This document shows, one piece after another, positions 1 to 8,966 of a stretch of DNA of 14,353 nucleotides. A program made the translations under genes and the position numbers. The DNA is from Candidatus Micrarchaeota archaeon. Lineage in GTDB: Archaea; B1Sed10-29; B47-G15. A model generated the notes under the pieces. That model searched no databases. It saw nothing but the letters and a program-made list of their open reading frames with translations, and was not told the DNA's origin. The first letter of the stretch is position 1, and each line of letters opens with the position of its first letter. The stretch lies in NCBI GenBank assembly GCA_003660975.1, contig QMVG01000011.1, positions 1 to 14,353 of the forward strand. The letters run 5' to 3'.

Positions 1-43
1 CTCCCTCCTCCATATATGATATATGACATATGCTACATGTCAA
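1..43 (-). promoter_or_regulatory. Sigma70-like promoter plus RBS for a gene starting left of the window, overlaid by 7-bp tandem repeats
   Basis: Minus strand reads TTGACA (43-38), 16 nt, TATCAT (21-16), then GGAGGAGGGAG (11-1). Plus strand has atatgat/atatgac/atatgct/acatgtc at 14-41. Confidence 0.6.
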
Positions 44-367
44 GTGTTGGTACTCAGGCTTAATACCTCTCGGAAATTTGACTGCCTGAGGTGAACGGTT
101 AGCGATTTTCCCCTTTAAAGACCCTCAAGGTGATCCGGTCTTCCCCTTATTTAGTATACTTTAAAGTACAATACTCCAAAGTATACATTCTAATCCTTGA
201 AGGAGAAGAGTAAGATATCCTCCCTTTTCAGAGCCAGATCCTTTAGTTCCTCACTAAATCCTGATTTTACCTCATCTTTATTTGCATTGAGTGGCTCAAA
301 GGCTTCCAAGTCGAGCTATCTTAATTAAAAGGGATTGAGGGATTATAAGGATATATTCTCCCCTCCC

Positions 368-431
368 AAGGGCCGAGCAGTTCCTGCAAAGGATTTGACC
401 GCGGGGCAAAAGATCAAAAATTAAGACCTGG
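368..431. repeat. 64-bp direct repeat, copy 1 (partner at 2677-2740)
   Basis: Manual ungapped alignment to 2677-2740 gives 55/64 identity; both copies are followed by pyrimidine-rich tracts. Confidence 0.9.
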
Positions 432-512
432 TCCTTTTTCCCTTCTCCTACTCCTATAGTCCTATAGTAGCTTCTTCCTCCCTCTTGAGTAACCTCGCCA
501 AATTGGCGAGCG

Positions 513-1490
513 CTACCTGGTTCCTTTGTACCCCCGGACATTTAAAGCCTTCCATCGCAACATCGGATGGCGACGAATTCGTTCGACCAAGGCTTTGTCT
601 CGTGTCAGCAACCAAGGTTCAATCTCACCGTGATCTAACAACCGGTCCAGGAATTCCATTTCCGCACCGGTGAAAGGCAGCACACACGCGAGCTTCTCCT
701 GGCACTCCTCCACGATGCGGCTTGCCCAGGATCGGATATCTCCTACGGAGTCTACGAAGTTCCGCCGTAGAAGGGGCAGAAGCTGGTCCTTGAGGTCTTT
801 CTCCTGAAAATCCACATCTTGGATCCTCACCTCGCGCCAATTGCGGCGGCTCATAGCGCCGTAGACGACGAAGGCCAGCCGAAGGCGTTCTCTGTTGAGC
901 TCCAATGAGGTTAGCAGGAGATGTACATCGAACAGATCCCGGCTGGCCTTGCGCGATAGAAGAGCGACCAGTTTTCCCGCCGCTAACTCGTGTAAGTCGA
1001 GTACGGGAATCCCAAGGGACTGGACCGTGCCAAGGGTTTGGGAATCCCTCGTTCCCGGAGGCCATAAAGGGACGCGGTACATGTAGTTGAGGTCGACCGC
1101 GAGATTGCCGCCCGTGCCCAGCGCACTCTCGTAGCGAAGCGACCATTTGCCGCCCGCGTGCTCTTCCTCTGATGGGAGACGCCGGATTGTGAAACCTTCG
1201 CGCTCACATACTGCTCGGATCGCTTCTTCCACCTTTGGCCGTTCCGCTCGCATGACCTCGCGCTTGGGGCTTCCTACGTAGTTGAGGTCGAGGTCGATGG
1301 AAAGCCTTGGGAGGTCAGCTAAGAAGAGATTCAAGGCGGTTCCACCTTTCAAAACCAAGCGATTTTTTAGAAAAGGATGACGAAAGAGGGCTTCCAGAAG
1401 ACGGAGCAGAAGCATGGCCTTTTCCAGCATCTCGGGGCGGAAACCGGTGGCTTCCGCCGCAGAAAGAAGGCCCTCCTTGGATATCCTCAC
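513..1490 (-). CDS. abiEii: Type IV TA toxin, AbiEii/AbiGii-family nucleotidyltransferase (~325 aa)
   Basis: LKGGTALNLF...RLSIDLDL (GG plus DxD NTase motif) and ELAAGKLVALLSRKASRDLFDV C-terminal motif. Start placed at GTG 1490, which overlaps the abiEi stop as GTGA and has AGGAGG at 1495-1500, rather than at 1544. Confidence 0.92.
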   Translation of the reverse strand: MRISKEGLLSAAEATGFRPEMLEKAMLLLRLLEALFRHPFLKNRLVLKGGTALNLFLADLPRLSIDLDLNYVGSPKREVMRAERPKVEEAIRAVCEREGFTIRRLPSEEEHAGGKWSLRYESALGTGGNLAVDLNYMYRVPLWPPGTRDSQTLGTVQSLGIPVLDLHELAAGKLVALLSRKASRDLFDVHLLLTSLELNRERLRLAFVVYGAMSRRNWREVRIQDVDFQEKDLKDQLLPLLRRNFVDSVGDIRSWASRIVEECQEKLACVLPFTGAEMEFLDRLLDHGEIEPWLLTRDKALVERIRRHPMLRWKALNVRGYKGTR

Positions 1491-2290
1491 AAAACCTCCT
1501 CCCAACGGCGCTCCAATATTTCTACCGGGACAACCAGGTTCCACTCCGGGACAAACTTCCCTGATTCCCTAAAAGCACGAACCATGTAGTGGGGGCTCCG
1601 GGGGCGGTGGGCCTGCAGGGCTGAGAGGTGTCGTTCCTCAACCATAAGCCTTTCGCGATGTTGCTCTAGGAAGAACCCAACCTTGGCCGCGGTAGTCGCA
1701 TTTTCTAAAAGCAGGGTATACTCCACGACCACATCCAGATCGAAGAACTCCACCATTTCCAAAGAGCGCCAGATTTCCTCCCACCCGCCTCCGAGGTCCG
1801 GACGATCCAACACATCCACCAACGTTCGTTCCAGGTTGGTGACTCGAACGGGAAGCCCGGATCGCTCGTGTGTTTCCACGCCGAAGAGCTCTTTTCCCTT
1901 GGCGCGAAGTGGCTTGGGGAACGGAACGCTTTGGAATACGTAAGAGCGGAACCTCAGGGGAGAGGAGCGCCGCAGGGTGAGATAGAGGATGAGATTGCTA
2001 ACAGAATAGGCTTTCCCGTGGAACTCGAGCGCGGTGTGGTAACCAAGCACCGCGTCCTCGGTCATTTTGGCCCCCAGGAGGTATGGGTCTACCGGGCATG
2101 AGGCTGGCTCCGTACTAGGGGGAACCACGACATACAGACCGCGACGGACCCGCAGTATTCGCCCCTTCTTTTGGTGATAAGCGAGGAGGGCTTTGCGGGT
2201 CCAGTTGCTAACGGGGCCGCGTTGCGCGAGAAAGGTTGTAAACTCGTCTACGGTGAACACCGGGTGCTTAGCGAAGAACTTTTCCAGCAT
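1487..2290 (-). CDS. abiEi: Type IV TA antitoxin / transcriptional regulator, AbiEi family (267 aa)
   Basis: N-terminal wHTH-like segment (VFTVDEF...KGRILRVRRGLY), YHTALEFHG, VTNLERTLVDVLDRP; directly upstream of and translationally coupled to the AbiEii gene. Confidence 0.9.
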   Translation of the reverse strand: MLEKFFAKHPVFTVDEFTTFLAQRGPVSNWTRKALLAYHQKKGRILRVRRGLYVVVPPSTEPASCPVDPYLLGAKMTEDAVLGYHTALEFHGKAYSVSNLILYLTLRRSSPLRFRSYVFQSVPFPKPLRAKGKELFGVETHERSGLPVRVTNLERTLVDVLDRPDLGGGWEEIWRSLEMVEFFDLDVVVEYTLLLENATTAAKVGFFLEQHRERLMVEERHLSALQAHRPRSPHYMVRAFRESGKFVPEWNLVVPVEILERRWEEVL

Positions 2291-2305
2291 CTTCTTTCAC
2301 TCTCC

Positions 2306-2366
2306 ACTTGACAAACATGCAAGATGAGGCTAACGAAATTAGCCCTTTATCGCGCAAATGTCAAGT
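2306..2366 (-). promoter_or_regulatory. abiE promoter with overlapping 28-bp imperfect inverted-repeat operator
   Basis: Minus strand TTGACA (2364-2359), 17 nt, TAATTT (2341-2336). Arms 2306-2333 and 2339-2366 share ACTTGACA and GGCTAA ends, with a 5-bp spacer. AbiEi proteins are known to autorepress through promoter inverted repeats. Confidence 0.8.
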
Positions 2367-2676
2367 CCTGGCACCAATAGATCCTTAGGTCTAATCACGG
2401 GCCAAAGCGAGAAGTTGACTCCTTCCTATAGCTGCGAAATGAGCCAATTTTCCGAGTTCACTTTTCCCTCTACGAGCATCGCCTTCGCTTTGAACAATGG
2501 CGTGAAACAAAACCGTGAAACCTTCAAAGAAGCGAGATCGCTCGAGATCTTTTGAGAGCAACTCCCAGTAATGACATTACTATCGGGAAGAACATAGCCA
2601 CAGTAATAACGGAGAGTGATACCCAAGTCAGGAATCAGTTCCCTGCAAGAGACTAATGACTCCCTGATGGGCCCTT

Positions 2677-2740
2677 AAGGGCCGGGCAGTTCATGCAAAG
2701 TACTTAGCTGCGGGGCAAAAGGTCAAAAATCAAGACCTGG
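2677..2740. repeat. 64-bp direct repeat, copy 2 (partner at 368-431)
   Basis: 55/64 identity to 368-431; its left edge lies in the perfect 14-bp palindrome ggcccttaagggcc (2670-2683). Confidence 0.9.
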
Positions 2741-2847
2741 CTCTTTCCTCCTTTCCTTCTGAGCAGGGGGGCGGCTACAGACAGCAAAAGATCGTCTGCC
2801 TTGCTGAATCGTCCGGGTTATACCCAGGCCGTGGACCAGCAAACTGC

Positions 2848-3648
2848 TCAGCCATGATCACGGGCCCTTGCCGTTGAAAAGACCTTAATTGCGATATTTG
2901 TCTCGACTAATCCCTGAACGACCCGCATTGCAAGCTGAGCTTCTTTGCACCCTAAAACTACACCGGCTTCTAGGTTCGAAGTCAATCCCGGACCAGTCAG
3001 GTTGGCGGAGCCTAGGACCATGCGTTTTCCATCAGCGATTACCAATTTGGCGTGGAGGAGTCCTCCTTCCATTACGGGAGCCGAGTAAACGATCAGCTGG
3101 CCCCTGATCCGCTCCGCTTCTCGCCGTATAGCCTCTAACGCAACGCTCTGGTTGGAGGCCAAATTATCTGCCGCATGGGTGAGCACGATCAGTCGGACAC
3201 CGCGCTTTAGAGCTCGAATGACTGCGCTTAGTATTTCCATAATTCCTTTCTCTTGGAGGAAAGGTGAGGTCATTACCAGCTCCCGTCGAGCGGTCTTCAC
3301 TGTCTCCAAAATGGCCTTGAGGTAGGTGGAGCCGAGCTCCGAAGCTGCCGGATGCGTCTCGGGTAGCGTCCAAACTAATTGTGGCGTTCTTTCTTCTCCC
3401 TTCTCCTCTTCTACGAGGCTGTCCAGCCACCGCGCTAAGGGGCGAGGACGGAGCCGATTCTCCCTATCCAGAACCTCTGCTGCCCGAAGTTCTTCCCATA
3501 GAAGGCGGTCCCCGCCCTCTCCCAAAAGCGCGACCGCCCAATCCAGATCCTGTAAGCGCAGCACAGTGCCCAAGCGAAACCATAAGGCCGCCCCTAACCG
3601 ACGGAGCCGATCCTCATTAAGGCGCCGACAGATCTCCTCCCGTGTCAT
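2848..3648 (-). CDS. drmC: Phospholipase D-family nuclease, DISARM DrmC-like (~266 aa)
   Basis: Single HKD motif LHAKLVIADGKRMVLGSANLT...NLEAG, with LVWTLP and LVMTSPF upstream. Start placed at ATG 3648 (MTREEI) with GGAGG at 3652-3656; overlaps the DUF1998 gene end by 32 bp. Confidence 0.82.
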   Translation of the reverse strand: MTREEICRRLNEDRLRRLGAALWFRLGTVLRLQDLDWAVALLGEGGDRLLWEELRAAEVLDRENRLRPRPLARWLDSLVEEEKGEERTPQLVWTLPETHPAASELGSTYLKAILETVKTARRELVMTSPFLQEKGIMEILSAVIRALKRGVRLIVLTHAADNLASNQSVALEAIRREAERIRGQLIVYSAPVMEGGLLHAKLVIADGKRMVLGSANLTGPGLTSNLEAGVVLGCKEAQLAMRVVQGLVETNIAIKVFSTARARDHG

Positions 3649-5458
3649 AATCCTCCCAGTATCCGTGTTGAATTTCAGTGGGTGCCATGTTTTCCCATTC
3701 CACATCGCCTCCGTAAAGAACAGACCGGGAGAGGTAATGGTTGAAATATGGGCAGTTGTACTCCCGATGCAAACAGCCAGCACAACTCGCTCCGTTTTCA
3801 GCACATAGGGGATCATACAGGCAATAGCGCCCACCCTGGATGCTATCCTGGAGCCACTTTTTGAAGCGCAGGCTAAATAGCGTGGCCAGTCCACCGATTC
3901 GGGCTCCGTCGAAGCGGTTCACGAACAGCACAAAAGAGAGGGTCTCCGGCATAAAATACTCGCCTAGGCTCTGAGGGGAAAATCCGCTCCATTCAATGCG
4001 CTGAAGCAAAATGTGGCTGATGGTGTGCAGCAGATACAGGATCCCCTGGGCTGGGAGAGTCAGGTCGCGGTCGCCACGGAACCCCTCGGCGAGGATTTCT
4101 TGATAAAGACGGGCCCAGGCTTCCTCCGGGCTCTGTGGAGGGGAGCCGGAAAGCAAATTGTTCCGGATCAGCCAGTTCAGCACCCGCTGAGGGTCCAGCT
4201 GGAACCACAGGGCTTCGGTCTCCGCGGGTAAGACGAATAAGGGGATGTGGCCCTCCTCATCCGCTGGGAAGGGATTGAGAAGGGCACGCTGAGGATCTCG
4301 GGCCACCCGGCTATAGCCGAAGGCCAGAAGGGCCACCGGGAAATCATCGATGTGCACTGCCTCTCGAAGCCCTAGCCTTTCTACCTCTGCCTGTGCATCA
4401 TCCTTCAACTGCTTAGTGGTCGTCAGTTGATGCCTGCCTGAATCCATCAGGATTATGTGCTCCACCAGACGGCGGGGAGGGGGCAGAATGAGCTGATCCG
4501 AAGAAACAAGGTTTTTGATACGCTTGATTTCTGCTTGACCTGGAGGACGGGAGAGCTTTTCTTCATACTCTTGAGCCTTTTCAGGCTCGTGCTTTCTCAG
4601 TGCTTCGAGCAATTCACGGACTTCACTGTTGATTTCTAAGGAATTCCTTGCACGTTGTCCCATGATCTCCGCCACGGGTTTCTCCAGCAGACCCCAGCAC
4701 CGGGCCAGAAGCAAGGCATACTCATCAGGACCCAAGTTTGAAAACCGGCTTTCCTCAGATTGGTCGAAATTCACAAAGGCCGTAACGTGCGGAATGTAAA
4801 GGCCTGGCTCTCCAGTGGGATACACACGGAGAAAGCGTTCATACCTTCGCTGGCCCGCCTCAGCGTTTTGGACTCTCTCGCTATAGCGACACCTGCAAGG
4901 GGTCATACGGGGCTTTTGAATTTCGAACCCGCATACACCGCAGACCCATCGCGCCCTTTGTACTCGGCCGGGGTCGTAAAAACGTAGATAACTCCTGCCG
5001 TGCTGCGGACACCCTCGGTCCGGCAGGTGAATCTCCTCCAGACGTCCGCAGTTATGGGCCTCTACATAAGGTAACTGGAGGAGTTTCCCTCTGCAGCTCT
5101 CACGCGGGCACCGCCCATCGAAGTGATCCTCCTCCCGTGGACGGAAGACATGTCCACATTTCTGACATTGGAACGTGGTAGGAAAAAGACGGAAGCGCAC
5201 CTCCCGTGGCCGGCCAATCCGATACTGCCTGCGCTGGCGCTCGTCCCGCGGATCCGGGAAATCAGGGGGGTTCCCAAGGCGGTGCCAGACCTGCAAGGCT
5301 TCGTTCAGCGCTTCAAATAGCGCTAGCTCGTTGATTCGATCGGGCGAATCCATATCTACGCTGTCGACGATGCAGAGGCCGTAGCGGTCGTGCGGGAAAA
5401 TGGCCCCCGGAAGGTACCGGTAGAGAACTTGGGTTTGCCCGCGCTCAAACCTCGCCAT
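3617..5458 (-). CDS. drmB: DUF1998-domain Zn-binding protein, DISARM DrmB-like (613 aa)
   Basis: N-terminal RGQTQVLYRYLPGAIF; Cys clusters CQKC, CPRESC, CGVC; C-terminal LLHTISHILL...GGL...CLYDPLC...SCAGCLH...CPYFNHYLSR typical of DUF1998; 12 bp downstream of the helicase. Confidence 0.87.
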   Translation of the reverse strand: MARFERGQTQVLYRYLPGAIFPHDRYGLCIVDSVDMDSPDRINELALFEALNEALQVWHRLGNPPDFPDPRDERQRRQYRIGRPREVRFRLFPTTFQCQKCGHVFRPREEDHFDGRCPRESCRGKLLQLPYVEAHNCGRLEEIHLPDRGCPQHGRSYLRFYDPGRVQRARWVCGVCGFEIQKPRMTPCRCRYSERVQNAEAGQRRYERFLRVYPTGEPGLYIPHVTAFVNFDQSEESRFSNLGPDEYALLLARCWGLLEKPVAEIMGQRARNSLEINSEVRELLEALRKHEPEKAQEYEEKLSRPPGQAEIKRIKNLVSSDQLILPPPRRLVEHIILMDSGRHQLTTTKQLKDDAQAEVERLGLREAVHIDDFPVALLAFGYSRVARDPQRALLNPFPADEEGHIPLFVLPAETEALWFQLDPQRVLNWLIRNNLLSGSPPQSPEEAWARLYQEILAEGFRGDRDLTLPAQGILYLLHTISHILLQRIEWSGFSPQSLGEYFMPETLSFVLFVNRFDGARIGGLATLFSLRFKKWLQDSIQGGRYCLYDPLCAENGASCAGCLHREYNCPYFNHYLSRSVLYGGDVEWENMAPTEIQHGYWEDYDTGGDLSAP

Positions 5459-5470
5459 ATTCCTACCTTA

Positions 5471-8400
5471 CTATTCCTGGCTCAAACGCCTTAGTAAGTG
5501 GTCGTCCGCCTCAGGCGAAGTCCGAAAGGGAACGCCGGATTCGATATCCCGAAGGCTCCGCATCGGCTGCGGTCGAACGCCCATGAATAAATACTTCTTA
5601 TGAGTAGTCCTGAGGCTAAACCCTTGACATTCTATGGCTTGTTCTAGAGCTTGAGCCATCATTCGCTTTAGATCCACATCGTAGGCGCTGCGGTCTAAGC
5701 CATAGGCCTTCCGCAATTTGGCGAGTATTTGTCTCCGCTTCTCGGGATCTCTCAGGATTTCCAAGACTTGGTCACGACGCAATAGCCCTTCGCTAACCAT
5801 CATCAGCCCGCAGAAGATACCTGGAAAGGTACGGTCGATGGCGCGACGAGCAAAGCGGTTGACCGGCACAGGCTGAACCATCCGATCTAAGTTGTCGTGG
5901 AACTCCCGAAACCGGTTATAGATACTGGAAGTCCGTGCGGAATAAGCGGGGAGCAAAGTGACCACCAATCCTAGGTGCTTTCGACCGCAGCGGCTGGTAG
6001 CCTGAATGTATTCCGCAACCTCGCCGGGAAAATGGTCGAGGACCATTAGATTGATGCGTTCAAAGTCCACCCCATGACTGATCATTTTCGTGGCTACTAC
6101 TGCATCCAAATGGTCTTCGTCCTCCCAAGATGGAGGATTATCCGCGAGTTGGACAACGTCCGTAATCTCTGCTGGCTTGGACCGGCTGGACAAATACTTG
6201 ACATTGGGTTCGCGGGACTCAAATGCTGGCAGATCAAGGCGGACTAGGTAATCCTTGGCCCGGGTCCCCCCGGCCAGGTTGCCAACGTAGACCAAGGCGA
6301 TGTTGTAAAACTCCAAGAGCTGGCGAAGCGCGGATTCATCCTTCAACCCTGCACAGATAGCCAGACCCTGATAGGGGTTCTGAATCATTTCCGCTACGGT
6401 GTCTAGGAGAACCCCCGCACACCATGCAGCAAGATCCGTGGGATGCCCGCCGGGCGGTCGGAAGCCTACAAAGATTCGATGGAATCGCGTCGAATCGCCA
6501 TCCCGTTCCGGTTCCATATAGAAGCTCCGGTGGCGCTCGTAGCCCCGAGCGGGGGACTTTCGGGCCCACCGTACCCCATAGAGGTGCTGGACTTGATGTT
6601 CGAAGCCTTCGATTGTGGCTGTGGCGGCGATCACCTTAGGTGGGAAGTGAGAGACCTCCTCGGCCAGGTAGCGAATCAATGTCTCGTAGTGGCCCGCAAA
6701 GGCTCCGAGTTCCTCTTGTAGCAAATGTAGCTCATCCTGAATCTGCAGAGCTGGTGCTGGATCGTGCACAGGCACATATCTTAGTTGTTTCCCTTTGCAA
6801 CCAAAGTCACAATGTTTGCCCCGTCCATATCCATGGACACATTGCCATTCAGGACCGCGGAGGAGGATCCCGAAGCGGTGCTGGAGTCCAATGGTGGCAA
6901 TTTTATCTACAGTTCCCACGATCAAGGCAGGCAAATAGCGATAAATTTCTGAATCAGACACTAGCAAGGGCAGCTCCTCCCCACAGGACGTGCAACGGTG
7001 CCGGAGCCGCACATTCTTACGGTCTGGTTCCACCTTAACAGAATCTTTTCCCCCGCAAGCAGGACAGTTTGGAACCACACGGTATCGCTCGAGATCTTCT
7101 GGGCTCAGCTTATCTATATCTCCAGGCTTCAAGATGTTAGGAGTTTGGGCTGAGCCCACAAAGTAGCCTAAGCGCACCGGATCGGATTGATCAAGTTTAT
7201 CCTTGAGGAGTTTTTGGCGTTCCTTTTCCGTTTCCCAAATCACCCGGAGGGCCCGTTGGAGCTGTTGAATGCTTAACATCCGTAGGGGGAGCCTTAGCCA
7301 GGCTGTCACCCCGCGCTCCTTCCCTCGTAGCCGGTCGTAAAGGATAGCGCAGCTGATGAGTCCCAAGTAGGCCTCGGTCTTGCCCCCACCCGTCGGGATC
7401 CACAGGACCTCACCGATCTCCAGGTGGTCATCCCAGCGGCGCGGCGTCCCGGGTGGCCACTCCCCTTGGCAGTAACCTTCTCGGAGAGCCAGAGCAGGGA
7501 GCTGGCTCACGATGAAAACCACCTGAAATAGTCGCCAACGGTCGAAGCGGCCTTGGGCTACGCGTATCATGACCCGGTTCATAGCCTGGAAGGCCTCTTG
7601 AAGGCGAGAATCGACTGCCATCGCCGCAATTCCTGCAGCGAACCGGTCGATCTCTTCCTGGAACGCCTCGAGATCTTTCCGGCACACCTTCAGCGAGTCC
7701 GAATCCAGACTCAGATCATTGGCCGCTATTTTCCGTTCCCACTCTTGGGCAAATTCTTCCATTTCCCGACGGATACGCTCCAGAGCTTCCAGAGGCTCTT
7801 GACTCAGGATGCTGAACCGGGTTTCCTCGGATGCTCGCAGGATCACCCGAGGTTGGGCATAGTGGGCCAGTGCTTGGGTTTGGAATGTTCTGCGGTCTTC
7901 GCTAACCTCGATGGAGGTATTGTGACCTACAGCCCACACCCTGCGGTCGTACATATAGTCTTCAGGGATCGGCAAGAGCTCCACAGGAGAGACTTCTCCT
8001 TGAAGCACTCGGACGGTGAGATGGACATCGCCTAAAATGTGGTAATAATCCTCAGAGCGCTTCTCAAAGTTGGACGGCGTGAGGTTCCGTACGTAGATGC
8101 GGAGCCGGACGGTCCCGTTAGGCTGGGGGTCGGCGTAAAGCGTTAGGGCCGCCCGGAGGGGAGGACGGTTTCGGGGATAGCCTTGGACGATCCGGTCCAA
8201 CCATCGCTGGAAGCTTTCCTCATTAGCCAGCGCGTCCACGGGCACTTCGGGCACACGCTCAAAAGTCGGCATGGCGTCTGGGGCAGCGCAGGCTTGATCG
8301 AGAACCCGGTCCACCTCTGCCTGGATGACTCCCTGATCTGAAAGGCGCATACGTCGGCCACCTGGGATGACCAGCGAGATAGGGCCCACACGGACGAGCC

Positions 8401-8914
8401 AACGCCGGCATACCTCCGCCAGGGTCATACTGCCTGAAGGTTCACCTGGATCTATGTCAGCGCCTAGGGAACTGCGTTGCTCCTCAAAAGTTGGCAGGTG
8501 GCGGGTGTAGATCGCGAACGCTACCTTCACCTCCAGCCGGATCTCTCCCTGTTCGGGTCGGATTCGGAGCTCCATCCCCAGCGCGGAAGGGGAGCGACGG
8601 GAGACGCTTGGCGTCTCGCGCTCCTCGACGCTTTCAAACTCTCTTTCCGGCGCTTCAGAAATTTTGGCGAGCTTAGCGCTCTTTTTTACTTTCACAGTCT
8701 GGATCTCCTCTGGCTCCTCCACCGGCTCCCCTTCGGCAAACTCTGGCTCGTCCACTTGGCGATCTGAGGGGACCAAGACCCCCAAGCGACAGTGGTCGAT
8801 GGGCAAGCGGTTTACAATCCGATCTTCATCCCGACCTGCTAGCTGGCGTTCTAGCCGGTCGATCAAGAATTGAACTAGCTCCAATTCATTGTGATAAGAA
8901 AGTTTGCCTTTCAT
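5471..8914 (-). CDS. drmA: SF2 DEAD/DEAH-box helicase, DISARM DrmA-like (1147 aa)
   Basis: WRLFQ Q-motif region, PTGGGKTEAY (I), PLRMLSIQQ (Ia), GTVDK (Ib), DELH (II), AATAT (III), ATKMISHGVD (V), YIQATSRCGR (VI); CPAC/CTSC Zn insert; C-terminal MRSLRDIE; AGGAGG RBS at 8925-8930. Confidence 0.9.
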   Translation of the reverse strand: MKGKLSYHNELELVQFLIDRLERQLAGRDEDRIVNRLPIDHCRLGVLVPSDRQVDEPEFAEGEPVEEPEEIQTVKVKKSAKLAKISEAPEREFESVEERETPSVSRRSPSALGMELRIRPEQGEIRLEVKVAFAIYTRHLPTFEEQRSSLGADIDPGEPSGSMTLAEVCRRWLVRVGPISLVIPGGRRMRLSDQGVIQAEVDRVLDQACAAPDAMPTFERVPEVPVDALANEESFQRWLDRIVQGYPRNRPPLRAALTLYADPQPNGTVRLRIYVRNLTPSNFEKRSEDYYHILGDVHLTVRVLQGEVSPVELLPIPEDYMYDRRVWAVGHNTSIEVSEDRRTFQTQALAHYAQPRVILRASEETRFSILSQEPLEALERIRREMEEFAQEWERKIAANDLSLDSDSLKVCRKDLEAFQEEIDRFAAGIAAMAVDSRLQEAFQAMNRVMIRVAQGRFDRWRLFQVVFIVSQLPALALREGYCQGEWPPGTPRRWDDHLEIGEVLWIPTGGGKTEAYLGLISCAILYDRLRGKERGVTAWLRLPLRMLSIQQLQRALRVIWETEKERQKLLKDKLDQSDPVRLGYFVGSAQTPNILKPGDIDKLSPEDLERYRVVPNCPACGGKDSVKVEPDRKNVRLRHRCTSCGEELPLLVSDSEIYRYLPALIVGTVDKIATIGLQHRFGILLRGPEWQCVHGYGRGKHCDFGCKGKQLRYVPVHDPAPALQIQDELHLLQEELGAFAGHYETLIRYLAEEVSHFPPKVIAATATIEGFEHQVQHLYGVRWARKSPARGYERHRSFYMEPERDGDSTRFHRIFVGFRPPGGHPTDLAAWCAGVLLDTVAEMIQNPYQGLAICAGLKDESALRQLLEFYNIALVYVGNLAGGTRAKDYLVRLDLPAFESREPNVKYLSSRSKPAEITDVVQLADNPPSWEDEDHLDAVVATKMISHGVDFERINLMVLDHFPGEVAEYIQATSRCGRKHLGLVVTLLPAYSARTSSIYNRFREFHDNLDRMVQPVPVNRFARRAIDRTFPGIFCGLMMVSEGLLRRDQVLEILRDPEKRRQILAKLRKAYGLDRSAYDVDLKRMMAQALEQAIECQGFSLRTTHKKYLFMGVRPQPMRSLRDIESGVPFRTSPEADDHLLRRLSQE

Positions 8915-8966
8915 AGAGGTCTGTCCTCCTGACTAACTCAATTTAAGCTGTTCTCCGTGATCATCC

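Noticed and set aside
296-541. 81-aa minus-strand ORF after abiEii
   Set aside because: No recognisable motif; it runs through the 64-bp repeat, whose other copy has a stop in the equivalent frame.
1491-1544. 18-aa N-terminal extension of AbiEii
   Set aside because: It lies inside abiEi; GTG 1490 has AGGAGG and a GTGA overlap.
2358-2626. Two short ORFs (65 aa plus, 66 aa minus) between drmC and abiEi
   Set aside because: No motifs or clear RBS; a decayed gene cannot be excluded but is unsupported.
3649-3894. 82-aa N-terminal extension of the PLD ORF
   Set aside because: It lies wholly within the DUF1998 gene's conserved C-terminus; ATG 3648 has a good RBS.
2848-8914. Dpd (DpdJ/DpdK), Druantia (DruE) or MrfA/Hrq1 interpretation of the helicase, DUF1998 and PLD genes
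   Set aside because: Those helicases carry DUF1998 fused, and no TGT-like dpdA or Dru partners are visible. Separate helicase, DUF1998 and PLD genes next to a methylase fit DISARM.
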